64,000 nt of DNA from Candidatus Nanoarchaeia archaeon (GTDB taxonomy: Archaea; Nanobdellota; Nanobdellia; Pacearchaeales; GW2011-AR1), in the NCBI GenBank assembly GCA_028711165.1, contig JAQTST010000001.1:232857-296856 (forward strand), given 5' to 3'. Shown here one piece after another: positions 17,730-26,419 of the stretch. The notes under the pieces were generated by a model, which saw nothing but the letters and a program-made list of their open reading frames with translations, ran no database searches and was not told where the DNA came from. How positions within the stretch are numbered: the stretch's first letter is position 1; each line of letters starts with the position of its first letter. Both the position numbers and the translations under genes were made by a program.

Positions 17730-18149
17730 TTACCAACATTGATGGCAAGAAGAATGTGAATGCGATGAATTATGTTCTTCTCTTTTCTTTCTTTCGTCTT
17801 CATACCAGTAATCAAAACACTTATTAACTTTTGGAAGATATTGTTTTAAATCTTCTTTTGAAATCATACCTAATAAAGTTCTTGATAATGCTGGTGTAAT
17901 GTATCCAACTGTCCAATCAGCAGATTTTGGGATAATCCTTCCGATAACTCCATAAATTTTGTAACCTCTTTCTTTTGAAAAATCTTCATTATAAATTAAT
18001 GGTATAAGATTTATTTTTTGAATCGCCTTTTGAAATGTTGTACTATTTATCCGGGCAATAAGTTGTCTTTTTCCATCAATTGTTTCAATATCATCTTCGA
18101 TTTCTATATGGGGGGTGGCTAACGGTTTTCCTGTTTCATAATCATCCAT
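17730..18149 (-). CDS. Hypothetical protein with His/Cys-rich C-terminus
   Basis: 139 aa ending ...EEHNSSHSHSSCHQCW. Confidence 0.3.
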   Translation of the reverse strand: MDDYETGKPLATPHIEIEDDIETIDGKRQLIARINSTTFQKAIQKINLIPLIYNEDFSKERGYKIYGVIGRIIPKSADWTVGYITPALSRTLLGMISKEDLKQYLPKVNKCFDYWYEDERKKREEHNSSHSHSSCHQCW

Positions 18150-18200
18150 CTTTGAAACTATAATTAATTGTTTTTATAGATTTATCCATTAGAAAATATA

Positions 18201-18509
18201 TTATCTATATTCTCTCCAAGTAAACTCGCACTTCGTGCATTTGAAGAATTTTGTTTCTGCCTCATCGCCAGAACGGGTTTGTGCTGTCCAGAAATATGCT
18301 TTGTCATTCCCGCATTTTTTGCATTTTCCGACGATAATTGGGAAAGTTTCCATTTCTTTTTTTATTACTTCCAACTCTTCTGGTTTGTCTTCAATCTTTT
18401 CAGAAGCGATGATTTTCATTTTTCCTTTTGAACTATAACTGCATCTAGGACAGGCTTCTTTTTCCTTTTTCTGAAATAAAACTGCTCCGCATTTAGGGCA
18501 AAAATCCAT
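18201..18509 (-). CDS. tfs: Transcription factor S (TFS), TFIIS-type zinc ribbon
   Basis: N-terminal MDFCPKCGAVL...CPRC ribbon and C-terminal CKKCGNDKAYFWTAQTRSGDEAETKFFKCTKCEFTWRE. Confidence 0.85.
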   Translation of the reverse strand: MDFCPKCGAVLFQKKEKEACPRCSYSSKGKMKIIASEKIEDKPEELEVIKKEMETFPIIVGKCKKCGNDKAYFWTAQTRSGDEAETKFFKCTKCEFTWREYR

Positions 18510-18572
18510 TTTGTTATTTTCCTCTTGTATTTCTAACCTTGATTTACCTCGTTTAAAAACTTTTCTTAATTA

Positions 18573-18666
18573 CGAGTGTTCAGTAATCCCACCCCAACTC
18601 GAGCCCCCACTCCTTCTTCACTGACTCTGCCGTCGTGAAAACTCTCGCCCGCCCGAGGGGAAAGTT
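18573..18666. repeat. Family-A repeat copy (inverted-module variant)
   Basis: cgagtgttcagtaatcccaccccaactcgagcccccactc...cgtcgtgaaaactctcgcccgcccgagggg shares modules with 17400-17470 and 49225-49245. Confidence 0.65.
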
Positions 18667-18700
18667 AATTAGTCTTCGCATTCGTAATTTTATAAAAAGA

Positions 18701-19366
18701 TTAATTCTCATTGCAGAATCCTCTTTCTGATTCCGGGCGTGAAGTTTCGAAAAATACTAATTTCACCCAACCGAACCATGGGACTATTCTGAAAACTGCT
18801 TTGCCGACGAGCTGTTCTGAAGTTATTTTTCTTTCATCGACTCCTGCCGGGTTGTTATCGGGGACAAGCATCTTTGCATTATTATCGCCGATTGTCGCGA
18901 AAACTTTTTCCCCGTTCTCTTCTTTTATACTTATTATTCTATGAATTACAGGAGTTTCCCCTATTCCTGAATTAAATAATATTACATCTCCCATCTTCAA
19001 CGTTTCCGGATTTGCTCTTACAATAAAAAGAATATCTCCCTTGTCAAATCCTCTTCTGAGAGAAAATTTTTCAAACTCTCCTTTTGTTACGTTTAACAGA
19101 GAGTATTTTCCGTCGTGAGATTCAAACCATTTGTCAAAATTTGAGAAAATATTTCCGTCGTGATACATACTGCAGGATTCTACAATTGCCAGGGGAAGTG
19201 CTGTGCCTGTTACAAGACTCAGAAAAGGAAAGAAAATAAATCTTATAAAAACGAACAAAAAAATAAGAGAAAAAATCCAGCCTTTCAGGCTGTTATCTTT
19301 CCATAACAGAAACCAAAATTTCTTAAAACCTTTTTTAAAATTGTCAAACCCCGTCTTTAAATTCAT
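18701..19366 (-). CDS. Signal peptidase I-like (S26 family) membrane protein
   Basis: N-terminal TM segment then IVESCSMYHDG (Ser nucleophile box) and ...GDILFIV...GDVILFNS...HRIISI typical of S26 peptidases. Confidence 0.45.
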   Translation of the reverse strand: MNLKTGFDNFKKGFKKFWFLLWKDNSLKGWIFSLIFLFVFIRFIFFPFLSLVTGTALPLAIVESCSMYHDGNIFSNFDKWFESHDGKYSLLNVTKGEFEKFSLRRGFDKGDILFIVRANPETLKMGDVILFNSGIGETPVIHRIISIKEENGEKVFATIGDNNAKMLVPDNNPAGVDERKITSEQLVGKAVFRIVPWFGWVKLVFFETSRPESERGFCNEN

Positions 19367-19400
19367 CAGAGTAATTAGGAAAAAGGATTTTTAAAATGTG

Positions 19401-19709
19401 TCATCCGTATATTTTTTTATAGATTTCTTCTGTTTCTTTTTCTACTTGTCTTTCTGTATCTTTCTTTCCCTGGAGAAAATATTTTGAATGCAAAACTTCG
19501 TGAATTACTGCTTTTCTTCTGTCTATGATATCTGGTATATCTTTGTCCAGGTAAATTAATTTTTTTTCGAGAATAGTTAATCCGTTATATTTTGGGATTT
19601 TCTTGTCATCCTTATAATTATGCGGAAAATCAGTATGTCTTAAATCAAATTCTGCAAAAACATCAACAACCTCTTTTAGTGTCAGCAAATCTAAATCTTT
19701 TTCTTTCAT
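19401..19709 (-). CDS. Hypothetical small protein with HExxH motif
   Basis: 102 aa containing AVIHEVLHS (HExxH). Possible small metal-dependent hydrolase. Confidence 0.3.
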   Translation of the reverse strand: MKEKDLDLLTLKEVVDVFAEFDLRHTDFPHNYKDDKKIPKYNGLTILEKKLIYLDKDIPDIIDRRKAVIHEVLHSKYFLQGKKDTERQVEKETEEIYKKIYG

Positions 19710-19835
19710 AATTCTATCTCTCTTTTTTGTGATTATAATCTTTCTCGTAATAGAAAATATATTTACTTAATTACAGAAATATTTAAATAGTATATCTTTC
19801 TTGTGTATACCATATGTATATACGTTAACCCCTTT

Positions 19836-19868
19836 CAACCAGCCATATCTAAAAGATATGGTTGGCTT
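19836..19868. promoter_or_regulatory. Inverted repeat (hairpin) upstream of an AbrB-like regulator gene
   Basis: ccatatct-aaa-agatatgg is a perfect 8-bp stem with imperfect extension (aaccagcc/ggttggct). Preceded by an alternating palindromic AT tract gtataccatatgtatatac. Confidence 0.4.
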
Positions 19869-19870
19869 AT

Positions 19871-19987
19871 ATTTACAAAATAAAATGACAACAGATATTT
19901 TTGACAATGGAAACCACCAGCGGGTTTTTCACAAATCCTGCAACCCTGCGACAGGAAATCGCAGAAAAAACAAATCACAAAAATAAA
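19871..19987 (+). pseudogene. Duplicated 5' end of the downstream gene (34-bp direct repeat including ATG) enclosing a roughly 55-bp family-B-like insert
   Basis: aaaataaaatgacaacagatatttttgacaatgg (19871-19904) versus aaaataaaatgacaactgatatttttgataatac (19978-20011). Between them, aaccaccagcgggttt...cctgc...gcag resembles 4687-4735 (aaccacctgcgggttt...cctgcg...cagcagg). Confidence 0.5.
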
Positions 19988-20350
19988 ATGACAACTGATA
20001 TTTTTGATAATACTATATTATGCAGGAAATGCAACACAAAAATGCAGAAAGCAAAAATTGTAAAAAACGGATTTTTATTCAGGGCAATAGTTTGTCCAAA
20101 ATGCAATGAAAAAATAATTCATCCTGCTGACGAACAGGAATATAATAAATTTGTAAATTTGAAAAATAAAGAATTCCATGTGAAGATGAGACTTGTGGGG
20201 AACAGCTACGCTGTTTCAATTCCGAAAGAAATTGTTTCATTCATGAAAGAACAGGAAAAAATAATGGACGACATGGTAAGATTATGTTTTGAGGATATGG
20301 GAAAATTAAGTTTAAATTTTGTTGAAGAAACTAAAAAGTTAGAAAAATAA
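19988..20350 (+). CDS. Zinc-ribbon plus AbrB/MazE/SpoVT-type (swapped-hairpin) DNA-binding protein
   Basis: CRKCNTKM...CPKCNEK ribbon; VKMRLVGNSYAVSIPKEIVSFM matches the SpoVT/AbrB core (K.R.VGNS..VTIPKEI). Start set at the second MTTDIFDN copy. Confidence 0.5.
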   Translation: MTTDIFDNTILCRKCNTKMQKAKIVKNGFLFRAIVCPKCNEKIIHPADEQEYNKFVNLKNKEFHVKMRLVGNSYAVSIPKEIVSFMKEQEKIMDDMVRLCFEDMGKLSLNFVEETKKLEK

Positions 20351-20351
20351 A

Positions 20352-21185
20352 ATGGCAAATAAAGAAATTAAAATTATGAATTATAATATTTTGCATGGTT
20401 TTCATAATGATGCAGAAGCTCCAGTATTAGATAAAGAAAGATTACAATCTGCACAGAAGGTAGTGGAAGAGGAAAATCCAGACATTTTAATCTTGACCGA
20501 AGCTTGTTTTGCTGAAAAAAATAAATACGGGATTAAAATGGACTATCCTAAATTATTTAATTTTCCTTATCACTTTCATGCTGCAGGAAATTGGGAATGG
20601 GGGTCGTCGATTCTTTCTAAATTTCCAATAATCTCGTCGGAAAATTATAGTATGGACAAAAGAAATTTCTCAAAAAATGAATTAGATGTTAATGGTCAAA
20701 AAGTTTATGTTGATGTAGCTCATCCTTATCCAGATTTATCTGAATTTGAAAAAAGAAGATTTTTCTATTCACAACTCCGAGATATAAAAAAACCTTATAT
20801 CCTTGCGGGGGATTTTAATGCTCTTTCCGACGATGATAAATACAATAGAGAAAAATTGTTAAGTGGTTATGGGGGGTTTATGAAAAATAAAGGACTTGCT
20901 AAAAAAGTTGTTGATGACTTATTAACTTACCAAACAATTCCAGAAATTAGAAAACATGGGCTCATTGATACTTACACTTCTTCTTATGATGATAACGATT
21001 ATACTATGCCCACTAAATATATTCTTCCTGAAAATAAAAATTCTCGAATAAGAACTGATTACATCTTTTGTTCTCCTGATTTTATTGTGAATGATGCAAG
21101 AATTATTAAAAATAAATATACCAATAAAGCATCAGACCATTACCCGATTGTCGCAAATTTAAAATTAAAAAACTCTAAGAAATAA
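20352..21185 (+). CDS. Endonuclease/exonuclease/phosphatase (EEP) family protein
   Basis: IMNYNILHG, ILILTEA, AGDFNAL and SDHYPIVANL match conserved EEP catalytic motifs. Confidence 0.65.
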   Translation: MANKEIKIMNYNILHGFHNDAEAPVLDKERLQSAQKVVEEENPDILILTEACFAEKNKYGIKMDYPKLFNFPYHFHAAGNWEWGSSILSKFPIISSENYSMDKRNFSKNELDVNGQKVYVDVAHPYPDLSEFEKRRFFYSQLRDIKKPYILAGDFNALSDDDKYNREKLLSGYGGFMKNKGLAKKVVDDLLTYQTIPEIRKHGLIDTYTSSYDDNDYTMPTKYILPENKNSRIRTDYIFCSPDFIVNDARIIKNKYTNKASDHYPIVANLKLKNSKK

Positions 21186-21186
21186 A

Positions 21187-23490
21187 ATGCCTAAGGAAAA
21201 ACAAATTCAATTGAAAGTTGTGGAAGCATTGCAGGATGATGCATACAAAGGTATCGCGAGAATTGATTCTGAAGTAATGAGAGATTTGAATATCCGAAGA
21301 GGAGACATAATTGTCATTAAAGGAAATCGGGAAACTGTTGCAATTGCTGACAGAGCTTATCCTGCTGATATGGGGGAAGGAATAATTCGTATCGACGGTA
21401 TTTTGAGAAAAAATTCAAAGACAGGAATCGGGGATGTTGTTACAATTACAAAAGCTGATGTTAAAGAAGCAAAAAAAGTTGTGATTGCTCCTGCTCAAAA
21501 AGGAATAATGGTTCAGGCAGATTCTGACGGACTTAGAAGAGGACTTTTGGGAAGAGCTGTTTTGAAAGGAGATATTGTTGTTTTGGGTGGTGTGCAACGA
21601 AGAAGAGATTTGATGTCAGAGGAGTTCGGGGATATGGATGATGTGTTCGGGAATCTTGGAGATATTTTGGGAGGAATGGGTTTTGGAAATATGGGCGGGG
21701 GAGTCACGCAAATCAAATTCATGATTATTTCTGCAAATCCGAATCAGCCTGTTATAATTACAGAAAACACTGAAGTTTCTTTGAGTCCAAAAGCAGTTGA
21801 ACTCAGCGACGAGAAAATCCCTGAAATTACTTATGAAGACATCGGAGGACTCACTGATGAAATTAAAAAAATTCGTGAGCTAGTTGAAATTCCATTGAAG
21901 CATCCTGAAATTTTTGAGAGACTTGGAATTGAACCTCCGAAAGGAATCTTGCTTCACGGACCGCCCGGAACTGGTAAAACACTTTTGGCAAAAGCAGTTG
22001 CAAATGAATCAGAAGCAAATTTTATTTTATTGAATGGGCCAGAAATCATGTCAAAATTTTATGGAGAATCTGAAAAGAAAATCAGAGATATTTTTGAAGA
22101 AGCTGAAAAAACTGCGCCTGCAATTATTTTTATCGACGAGATTGATGCGATTGCACCGAAGAGAGAAGAAGTTCAGGGAGAAGTTGAGAGAAGAGTTGTT
22201 TCGCAATTATTGACAATGATGGACGGATTGAAATCAAGAGGGAAAGTTATTGTTATCGGTGCTACTAATCGTCCAAATGCAATTGATTCTGCTTTGAGAC
22301 GTCCTGGAAGATTTGACCGGGAACTTGAAATTTCTGTTCCTGGAAAAGAAGGAAGATTGCAGGTTTTGAAAATTCACACAAGAAATATGCCGATGGACAA
22401 GAAAGTTAATCTTGATGAAATAGCGTCGATAACTCACGGGTTTGTCGGGGCTGATTTGGAATCTCTGACAAAAGAAGCAGCGATTATTGTTCTTAGAAAA
22501 ATTCTTCCACAGATGAAACTTGACGGCGAAGAAAAAATTCCTCAGGAAATTCTTGAAAAATTAATTGTCAGCCACGATGATTTCGTTGATGCATTGAAAA
22601 CAGTCCGTCCTTCAGCGATGAGAGAAGTTCTTGTTGAAACTCCGAATATTGAATGGAACAGCGTCGGTGGATTAGATTCTATCAAGCAAGAATTGAAAGA
22701 AGCTGTTGAATGGCCTATGAAATATTCTGATAGTTTTGAGAGACTTGGAATTCGTCCTTCACGGGGAATTTTACTCTATGGGCCTCCCGGAACAGGAAAA
22801 ACACTTTTGGCAAAAGCAGTTGCAAAAGAATCAGAGGCAAATTTTATACAAGTTAAAGGACCTTCATTGCTAAGCATGTGGGTTGGTAAATCTGAAGAAG
22901 GTATGAGGAAAATTTTTGAGAGAGCGAGACAAGTTGCTCCCTGCGTGATTTTCTTCGACGAGATTGATTCACTTGCGGGAAGGAGGGGAATGGAAACAGG
23001 AACAAAAGTTACAGAAAGAGTTTTGAATCAAATGCTCGCAGAAATGGACGGGCTTGAAGATTTGAATGATGTTATTGTTATTGGTGCTACTAATCGTCCA
23101 GATATGCTGGACACTGCATTGCTGAGGCCTGGAAGATTCGACAAGATACTTTTGGTGAATGCTCCTGAAGACGACGGAAGACTTGAAGTTTTGAAAATTC
23201 ACACAAAAAAAATGCCTCTTGCGAAAGATGTTGACTTGAAATATATTGCAAAAGAAACTTCAGGATACACTGGTGCTGATTTGGAAGCTGTTGCCAGAGA
23301 AGCTGCTTACTTCGCACTTAGGAAAGACATTAATTCCAAGGAAGTAAAGAAAGAACATTTTGAAGAGGCGCTGAAAAAAGTCAAGCCGAGCGTGACGAAA
23401 TCAACTATTGATTTGTACAAGAGAATCGAGGAAACTTATTTGAAATCAGCGAAGGCTGCTATTCCGATGGATAACAGTTATTTAGGATAA
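21187..23490 (+). CDS. cdc48: Cdc48/VCP-like AAA+ ATPase (two AAA domains plus N-domain)
   Basis: Two Walker A motifs [15 protein letters not shown]; [10 protein letters not shown] and [10 protein letters not shown] Walker B / second region of homology; double-psi N-domain motif [24 protein letters not shown]. Confidence 0.9.
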   Translation: MPKEKQIQLKVVEALQDDAYKGIARIDSEVMRDLNIRRGDIIVIKGNRETVAIADRAYPADMGEGIIRIDGILRKNSKTGIGDVVTITKADVKEAKKVVIAPAQKGIMVQADSDGLRRGLLGRAVLKGDIVVLGGVQRRRDLMSEEFGDMDDVFGNLGDILGGMGFGNMGGGVTQIKFMIISANPNQPVIITENTEVSLSPKAVELSDEKIPEITYEDIGGLTDEIKKIRELVEIPLKHPEIFERLGIEPPKGILLHGPPGTGKTLLAKAVANESEANFILLNGPEIMSKFYGESEKKIRDIFEEAEKTAPAIIFIDEIDAIAPKREEVQGEVERRVVSQLLTMMDGLKSRGKVIVIGATNRPNAIDSALRRPGRFDRELEISVPGKEGRLQVLKIHTRNMPMDKKVNLDEIASITHGFVGADLESLTKEAAIIVLRKILPQMKLDGEEKIPQEILEKLIVSHDDFVDALKTVRPSAMREVLVETPNIEWNSVGGLDSIKQELKEAVEWPMKYSDSFERLGIRPSRGILLYGPPGTGKTLLAKAVAKESEANFIQVKGPSLLSMWVGKSEEGMRKIFERARQVAPCVIFFDEIDSLAGRRGMETGTKVTERVLNQMLAEMDGLEDLNDVIVIGATNRPDMLDTALLRPGRFDKILLVNAPEDDGRLEVLKIHTKKMPLAKDVDLKYIAKETSGYTGADLEAVAREAAYFALRKDINSKEVKKEHFEEALKKVKPSVTKSTIDLYKRIEETYLKSAKAAIPMDNSYLG

Positions 23491-23491
23491 A

Positions 23492-23701
23492 ATGACAAAT
23501 TTTGAAAGTAAGGTTTTAGTTATGTGTGCCTGGTGCAAGAGAATAAAATTAGACGGCAAATGGGTTGGTGAAAAATATCCCAATTATGAATTTGTTGTAG
23601 AAAGTTATGGAAGAAATGTTACTCATACTATTTGTAAAGATGATGCTAAAAAATATTATCCAAACTTATTCACTCGTCACAATAATTTTATCGTCGACTA
23701 A
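23492..23701 (+). CDS. Small Cys/His-containing hypothetical protein
   Basis: 69 aa with CAWCKR...HTIC. Its 3' end overlaps the MetAP 3' end, so uncertain. Confidence 0.25.
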   Translation: MTNFESKVLVMCAWCKRIKLDGKWVGEKYPNYEFVVESYGRNVTHTICKDDAKKYYPNLFTRHNNFIVD

Positions 23702-24556
23702 TATTGTGTTTTCTGCCTGTGAGACTTTTGCGTGAGAGACTTCAATTAACTGTGGATACTGATGAAGATTTCCATTTTCCTCCAACTGCTTTAATGCAAA
23801 CAGAGATTTTATTCCGAATTTTTTTACGAGCCATCTTGAACAAAAAGGAAGTGTCTGATATTCGTCAGCTATAAAATCCAATATTTCCCTCGCTGTTGGA
23901 TTTCTGACATTCTTGCTGTCTATTAAAATATAAATTCCTGAAGGTTTTCCCTCGTAAATTTTTCCGCTTCCGTTTGTTGCGAAAGGCTCGATTGCATACA
24001 ATCCTTCACTGAGCTTTTCTTTATTTGTTGTTTTAATATTCATAATCGTAAGTCCTGCATGAAGTTCATATTCTTCCATTTCATGTCCTGTCAAATTAAC
24101 AATCGGAGAAAATTTGTATGATTCCATAGTCTCCTGAATTACTTTTCCTATTTCTCCGAGGGAACTTTTTTTCTCTGCTTCTCTGATTGCATTTTTCAGG
24201 GCTTTTTCAGATGCTTCAATTAATTTTTTATTTTCTGAATTATTTTCCAAATCAACTGAAAAAGCTGTGTCAGCAATCCAACCGTCGACGTGAACTCCAA
24301 AATCTACTTTCAGCAAACCGCTTGCTTTTGTCTCGTCATTGTAAGAAGGCGTGTAATGCGCGGCAATTTCATTTATTGAAAGATTTGTCGGGAAAGCAGG
24401 TTTTCCTTTTAGTTCTTTTATTTTATTTTCAATTTTTTCTGCGAGTTCAAGAAGGGGCATTCCTTTTTTTATTTGGGGTTTTATCCATTCTTTGACTTCG
24501 CTGGCAATCTTTCCTGCCTGCAAAATTTTTTCCTTTTGTTTTGATCTTGATGTCAT
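23666..24556 (-). CDS. map: Methionine aminopeptidase, type 2 (archaeal)
   Basis: GKIASEVKEW, AFPTNLSINEIAAHYTP, DFGVHVDGWIADTAFSV and the C-terminal ...HAKVSQAENTILV pita-bread fold motifs. Confidence 0.8.
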   Translation of the reverse strand: MTSRSKQKEKILQAGKIASEVKEWIKPQIKKGMPLLELAEKIENKIKELKGKPAFPTNLSINEIAAHYTPSYNDETKASGLLKVDFGVHVDGWIADTAFSVDLENNSENKKLIEASEKALKNAIREAEKKSSLGEIGKVIQETMESYKFSPIVNLTGHEMEEYELHAGLTIMNIKTTNKEKLSEGLYAIEPFATNGSGKIYEGKPSGIYILIDSKNVRNPTAREILDFIADEYQTLPFCSRWLVKKFGIKSLFALKQLEENGNLHQYPQLIEVSHAKVSQAENTILVDDKIIVTSE

Positions 24557-25119
24557 TCTTCTACCTTAATTTCTTTATATTTTAATCTTCTGCTTTTGGG
24601 TATGAAGTTACTTATTTTCTCTGCTGAGATTTTTCCTGTTCCGAGGAAATCGTTTTTGAACTTCATAATAAAAAATCCTTTTTCTATTTCGATTTCGCTC
24701 GTCGAGCCCACCCTCCCGCCCAACGGGGAATTAATTTGTACTCGCGAAATCTCTCTTGATTTCTTTATATCTTCTAATAACAATTCCTGCCCCATCATCC
24801 ATTGCTCTGCCTGTTTCTCGTCGAGTTCAAAAATATTTTTTGTAATTTGCTCTTTCATCAATTGAACTCCTTCAATACTCAATCTCAAGTCCTGTGTCTT
24901 CTCATCTATCTTTGCAAAATACAATCCAATTCCTTCAATCCTTGCAAACCTGTCTAATCCTAAAATTTCTTTTTCTGAAATATCTCCTGAAAAAACAATT
25001 ATTCTTTCTCTTCCAAGTTTTGCTAAACTGAATGGCACGTCTTTTATTCCAAACTGCTCGTTAAGTTGTTTGATGAATTGTTCTTTTTCATTTTTATTAA
25101 AAAATTTGAGAGGTATCAT
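24553..25119 (-). CDS. Hypothetical protein (possible RNA-binding/PUA-like) carrying an in-frame family-A repeat insertion
   Basis: Coding strand contains INSPLGGRVGSTSEIEIE, encoded exactly by repeat copy 24694-24752. The ORF-track N-terminus (to 25194) is encoded by repeat C, so the start is probably the internal Met (MIPLKFF). Confidence 0.4.
   Translation of the reverse strand: MIPLKFFNKNEKEQFIKQLNEQFGIKDVPFSLAKLGRERIIVFSGDISEKEILGLDRFARIEGIGLYFAKIDEKTQDLRLSIEGVQLMKEQITKNIFELDEKQAEQWMMGQELLLEDIKKSREISRVQINSPLGGRVGSTSEIEIEKGFFIMKFKNDFLGTGKISAEKISNFIPKSRRLKYKEIKVEE
24694..24752. repeat. Family-A repeat copy, in frame inside a minus-strand CDS
   Basis: gatttcgctcgtcgagcccaccctcccgcccaacggggaattaatttgtactcgcgaaatctc. 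Confidence 0.8.
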
Positions 25120-25124
25120 TGCGC

Positions 25125-25200
25125 AGACACTAAGAACCGAGGTTCCTAATACCTCCGATTGTCTTCTTAATCTTCCCACTAAATTTGTGCTCATGGCTGA
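25125..25200. repeat. Repeat C (includes family-B motif): GCGCRGACAC...AGGTTCCTAATACCTCC...CTTAATCTTCCC....AATTTGTG.TCA.G.CTGATTA
   Basis: gcgcagacactaagaaccgaggttcctaatacctccgattgtcttcttaatcttcccactaaatttgtgctcatggctgatta. Second copy at 45709-45776. Confidence 0.7.
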
Positions 25201-25465
25201 TTATTTTCTTCTTCTTTAACCTTTTAATTAACCATCTAATAAACAAAAATAATATTGTTGTTCCAATATAAATAATGAACATACCGCCTGTTATCATAAA
25301 TAACAAAGCTACTCCAATTGCTCCGCCAATCCCAGACATTCCAGAGCCACTGAATGTTTTCATTTTGATAAATGCTAATAAAAAAATAATAGTGAGGAAA
25401 CCTCCGAGGATAATCCAGATTATTTTGAATATCTTTTTTATTATTTTTTTTGTTTTGGTGTTCAT
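25130..25465 (-). CDS. Small membrane protein (three predicted TM helices); C-terminal 23 aa encoded by repeat C
   Basis: IIWIILGGFLTIIFLLAFI and GGAIGVALLFMITGGMFIIYIGTTILFLFI hydrophobic segments. Confidence 0.4.
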   Translation of the reverse strand: MNTKTKKIIKKIFKIIWIILGGFLTIIFLLAFIKMKTFSGSGMSGIGGAIGVALLFMITGGMFIIYIGTTILFLFIRWLIKRLKKKKIISHEHKFSGKIKKTIGGIRNLGS

Positions 25466-26418
25466 TTTAACTTTTTGATTTTTGCGATGAAAAACCCTTC
25501 AGTATTTTCTGTTTGAGGATAAACTCTGCAAGTTAATTTAACATCTTCAAGATATTCTTTCTCTCCAAACTTTACAATTCCCTGATTTGTCTTTATCGGA
25601 AGATTTATCTTTTCAACCTTGACATTAAAATTTTTCAGAGCAAAATCAATTACTTCTTCATTTTCTTCTGGTGCGTGAGTGCAAGTGCTGTAAACTAATT
25701 CGCCGTTTGGTTTTAGAATTTCTATTGCTGAAGCAATTAGTGATTTTTGAAGTCTTGATAAATTTTCTATTGTTTTTATGTTCCACATTTCCAGCGTCGA
25801 CGGAGTGCTTCTGATTGTTCCTTCTCCTGAACAAGGTGCGTCCAATAAAATTTTATCAAAGAAGAATTTCTCATTTTTGAAACGATTGCACAAAGCAATT
25901 CCATCTTTTTTTGTGATTATCATATTCATCACTCCGCATCTTTCTGTATTTGCCGCGAGAATTTTTATTCTCCCAATTTTCATTTCATTGGCAATTAACA
26001 ATCCTGAATTTTTCATCATTGCTGACATCTGAGTTGTCTTGCTCCCCGGAGAAGCACACAAATCAAGAACTTTCTCGCCGGGTTTTGGATTAAGAACTAA
26101 TGGAGGAAGCATACTTGCAATTTCCTGAATGTAATAATAACCAAGTAGATGCTCCAATGCTCTTCCAAGTTCTCCGGGCTGAAGTTTTGATTCGACAATC
26201 ATAATCTCTGGAAAATCCTTGAAAGGAATTTTTATCTTCCAACCTTTTTCTTCAAGGCGTTTCTTCAACTCTTTCGGAGAAATTTTTAATGTGTTGCAGC
26301 GAAAAGAACGGACAGGTTCTTCTTTCAGAATTTCCATATAAGACTCAAAATCTTTTCCAAGAAGAATTTTCATTCTCTCAAGAAATAATGGTTTTGGTTC
26401 GTAAGTTCTTTTAGTCAT
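25462..26418 (-). CDS. RNA cytosine-C5 methyltransferase, NOL1/NOP2/Sun family
   Basis: VLDLCASPGSKT (SAM-binding), ILLDAPCSGEGT (motif IV Cys) and YSTCT (motif VI Cys). Confidence 0.8.
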   Translation of the reverse strand: MTKRTYEPKPLFLERMKILLGKDFESYMEILKEEPVRSFRCNTLKISPKELKKRLEEKGWKIKIPFKDFPEIMIVESKLQPGELGRALEHLLGYYYIQEIASMLPPLVLNPKPGEKVLDLCASPGSKTTQMSAMMKNSGLLIANEMKIGRIKILAANTERCGVMNMIITKKDGIALCNRFKNEKFFFDKILLDAPCSGEGTIRSTPSTLEMWNIKTIENLSRLQKSLIASAIEILKPNGELVYSTCTHAPEENEEVIDFALKNFNVKVEKINLPIKTNQGIVKFGEKEYLEDVKLTCRVYPQTENTEGFFIAKIKKLK

Positions 26419-26419
26419 A

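Noticed and set aside
19801-19986. 61-aa ORF MCIPYVYTLTPFNQ...MTTDIFDNGNHQ...
   Set aside because: It contains the duplicated 5' fragment of the downstream gene followed by unrelated sequence from the insert. Interpreted as a pseudo-copy or remnant, not a functional gene.
24553-25194. Full-length 213-aa reading of the hypothetical ORF including the N-terminal MSTNLVGRLRRQSEVLGTSVLSVCA
   Set aside because: Those 25 codons are encoded by repeat C (25125-25200), which also forms the 3' end of the neighbouring membrane-protein gene. A start at the internal Met is more plausible, although translation of the repeat cannot be excluded.
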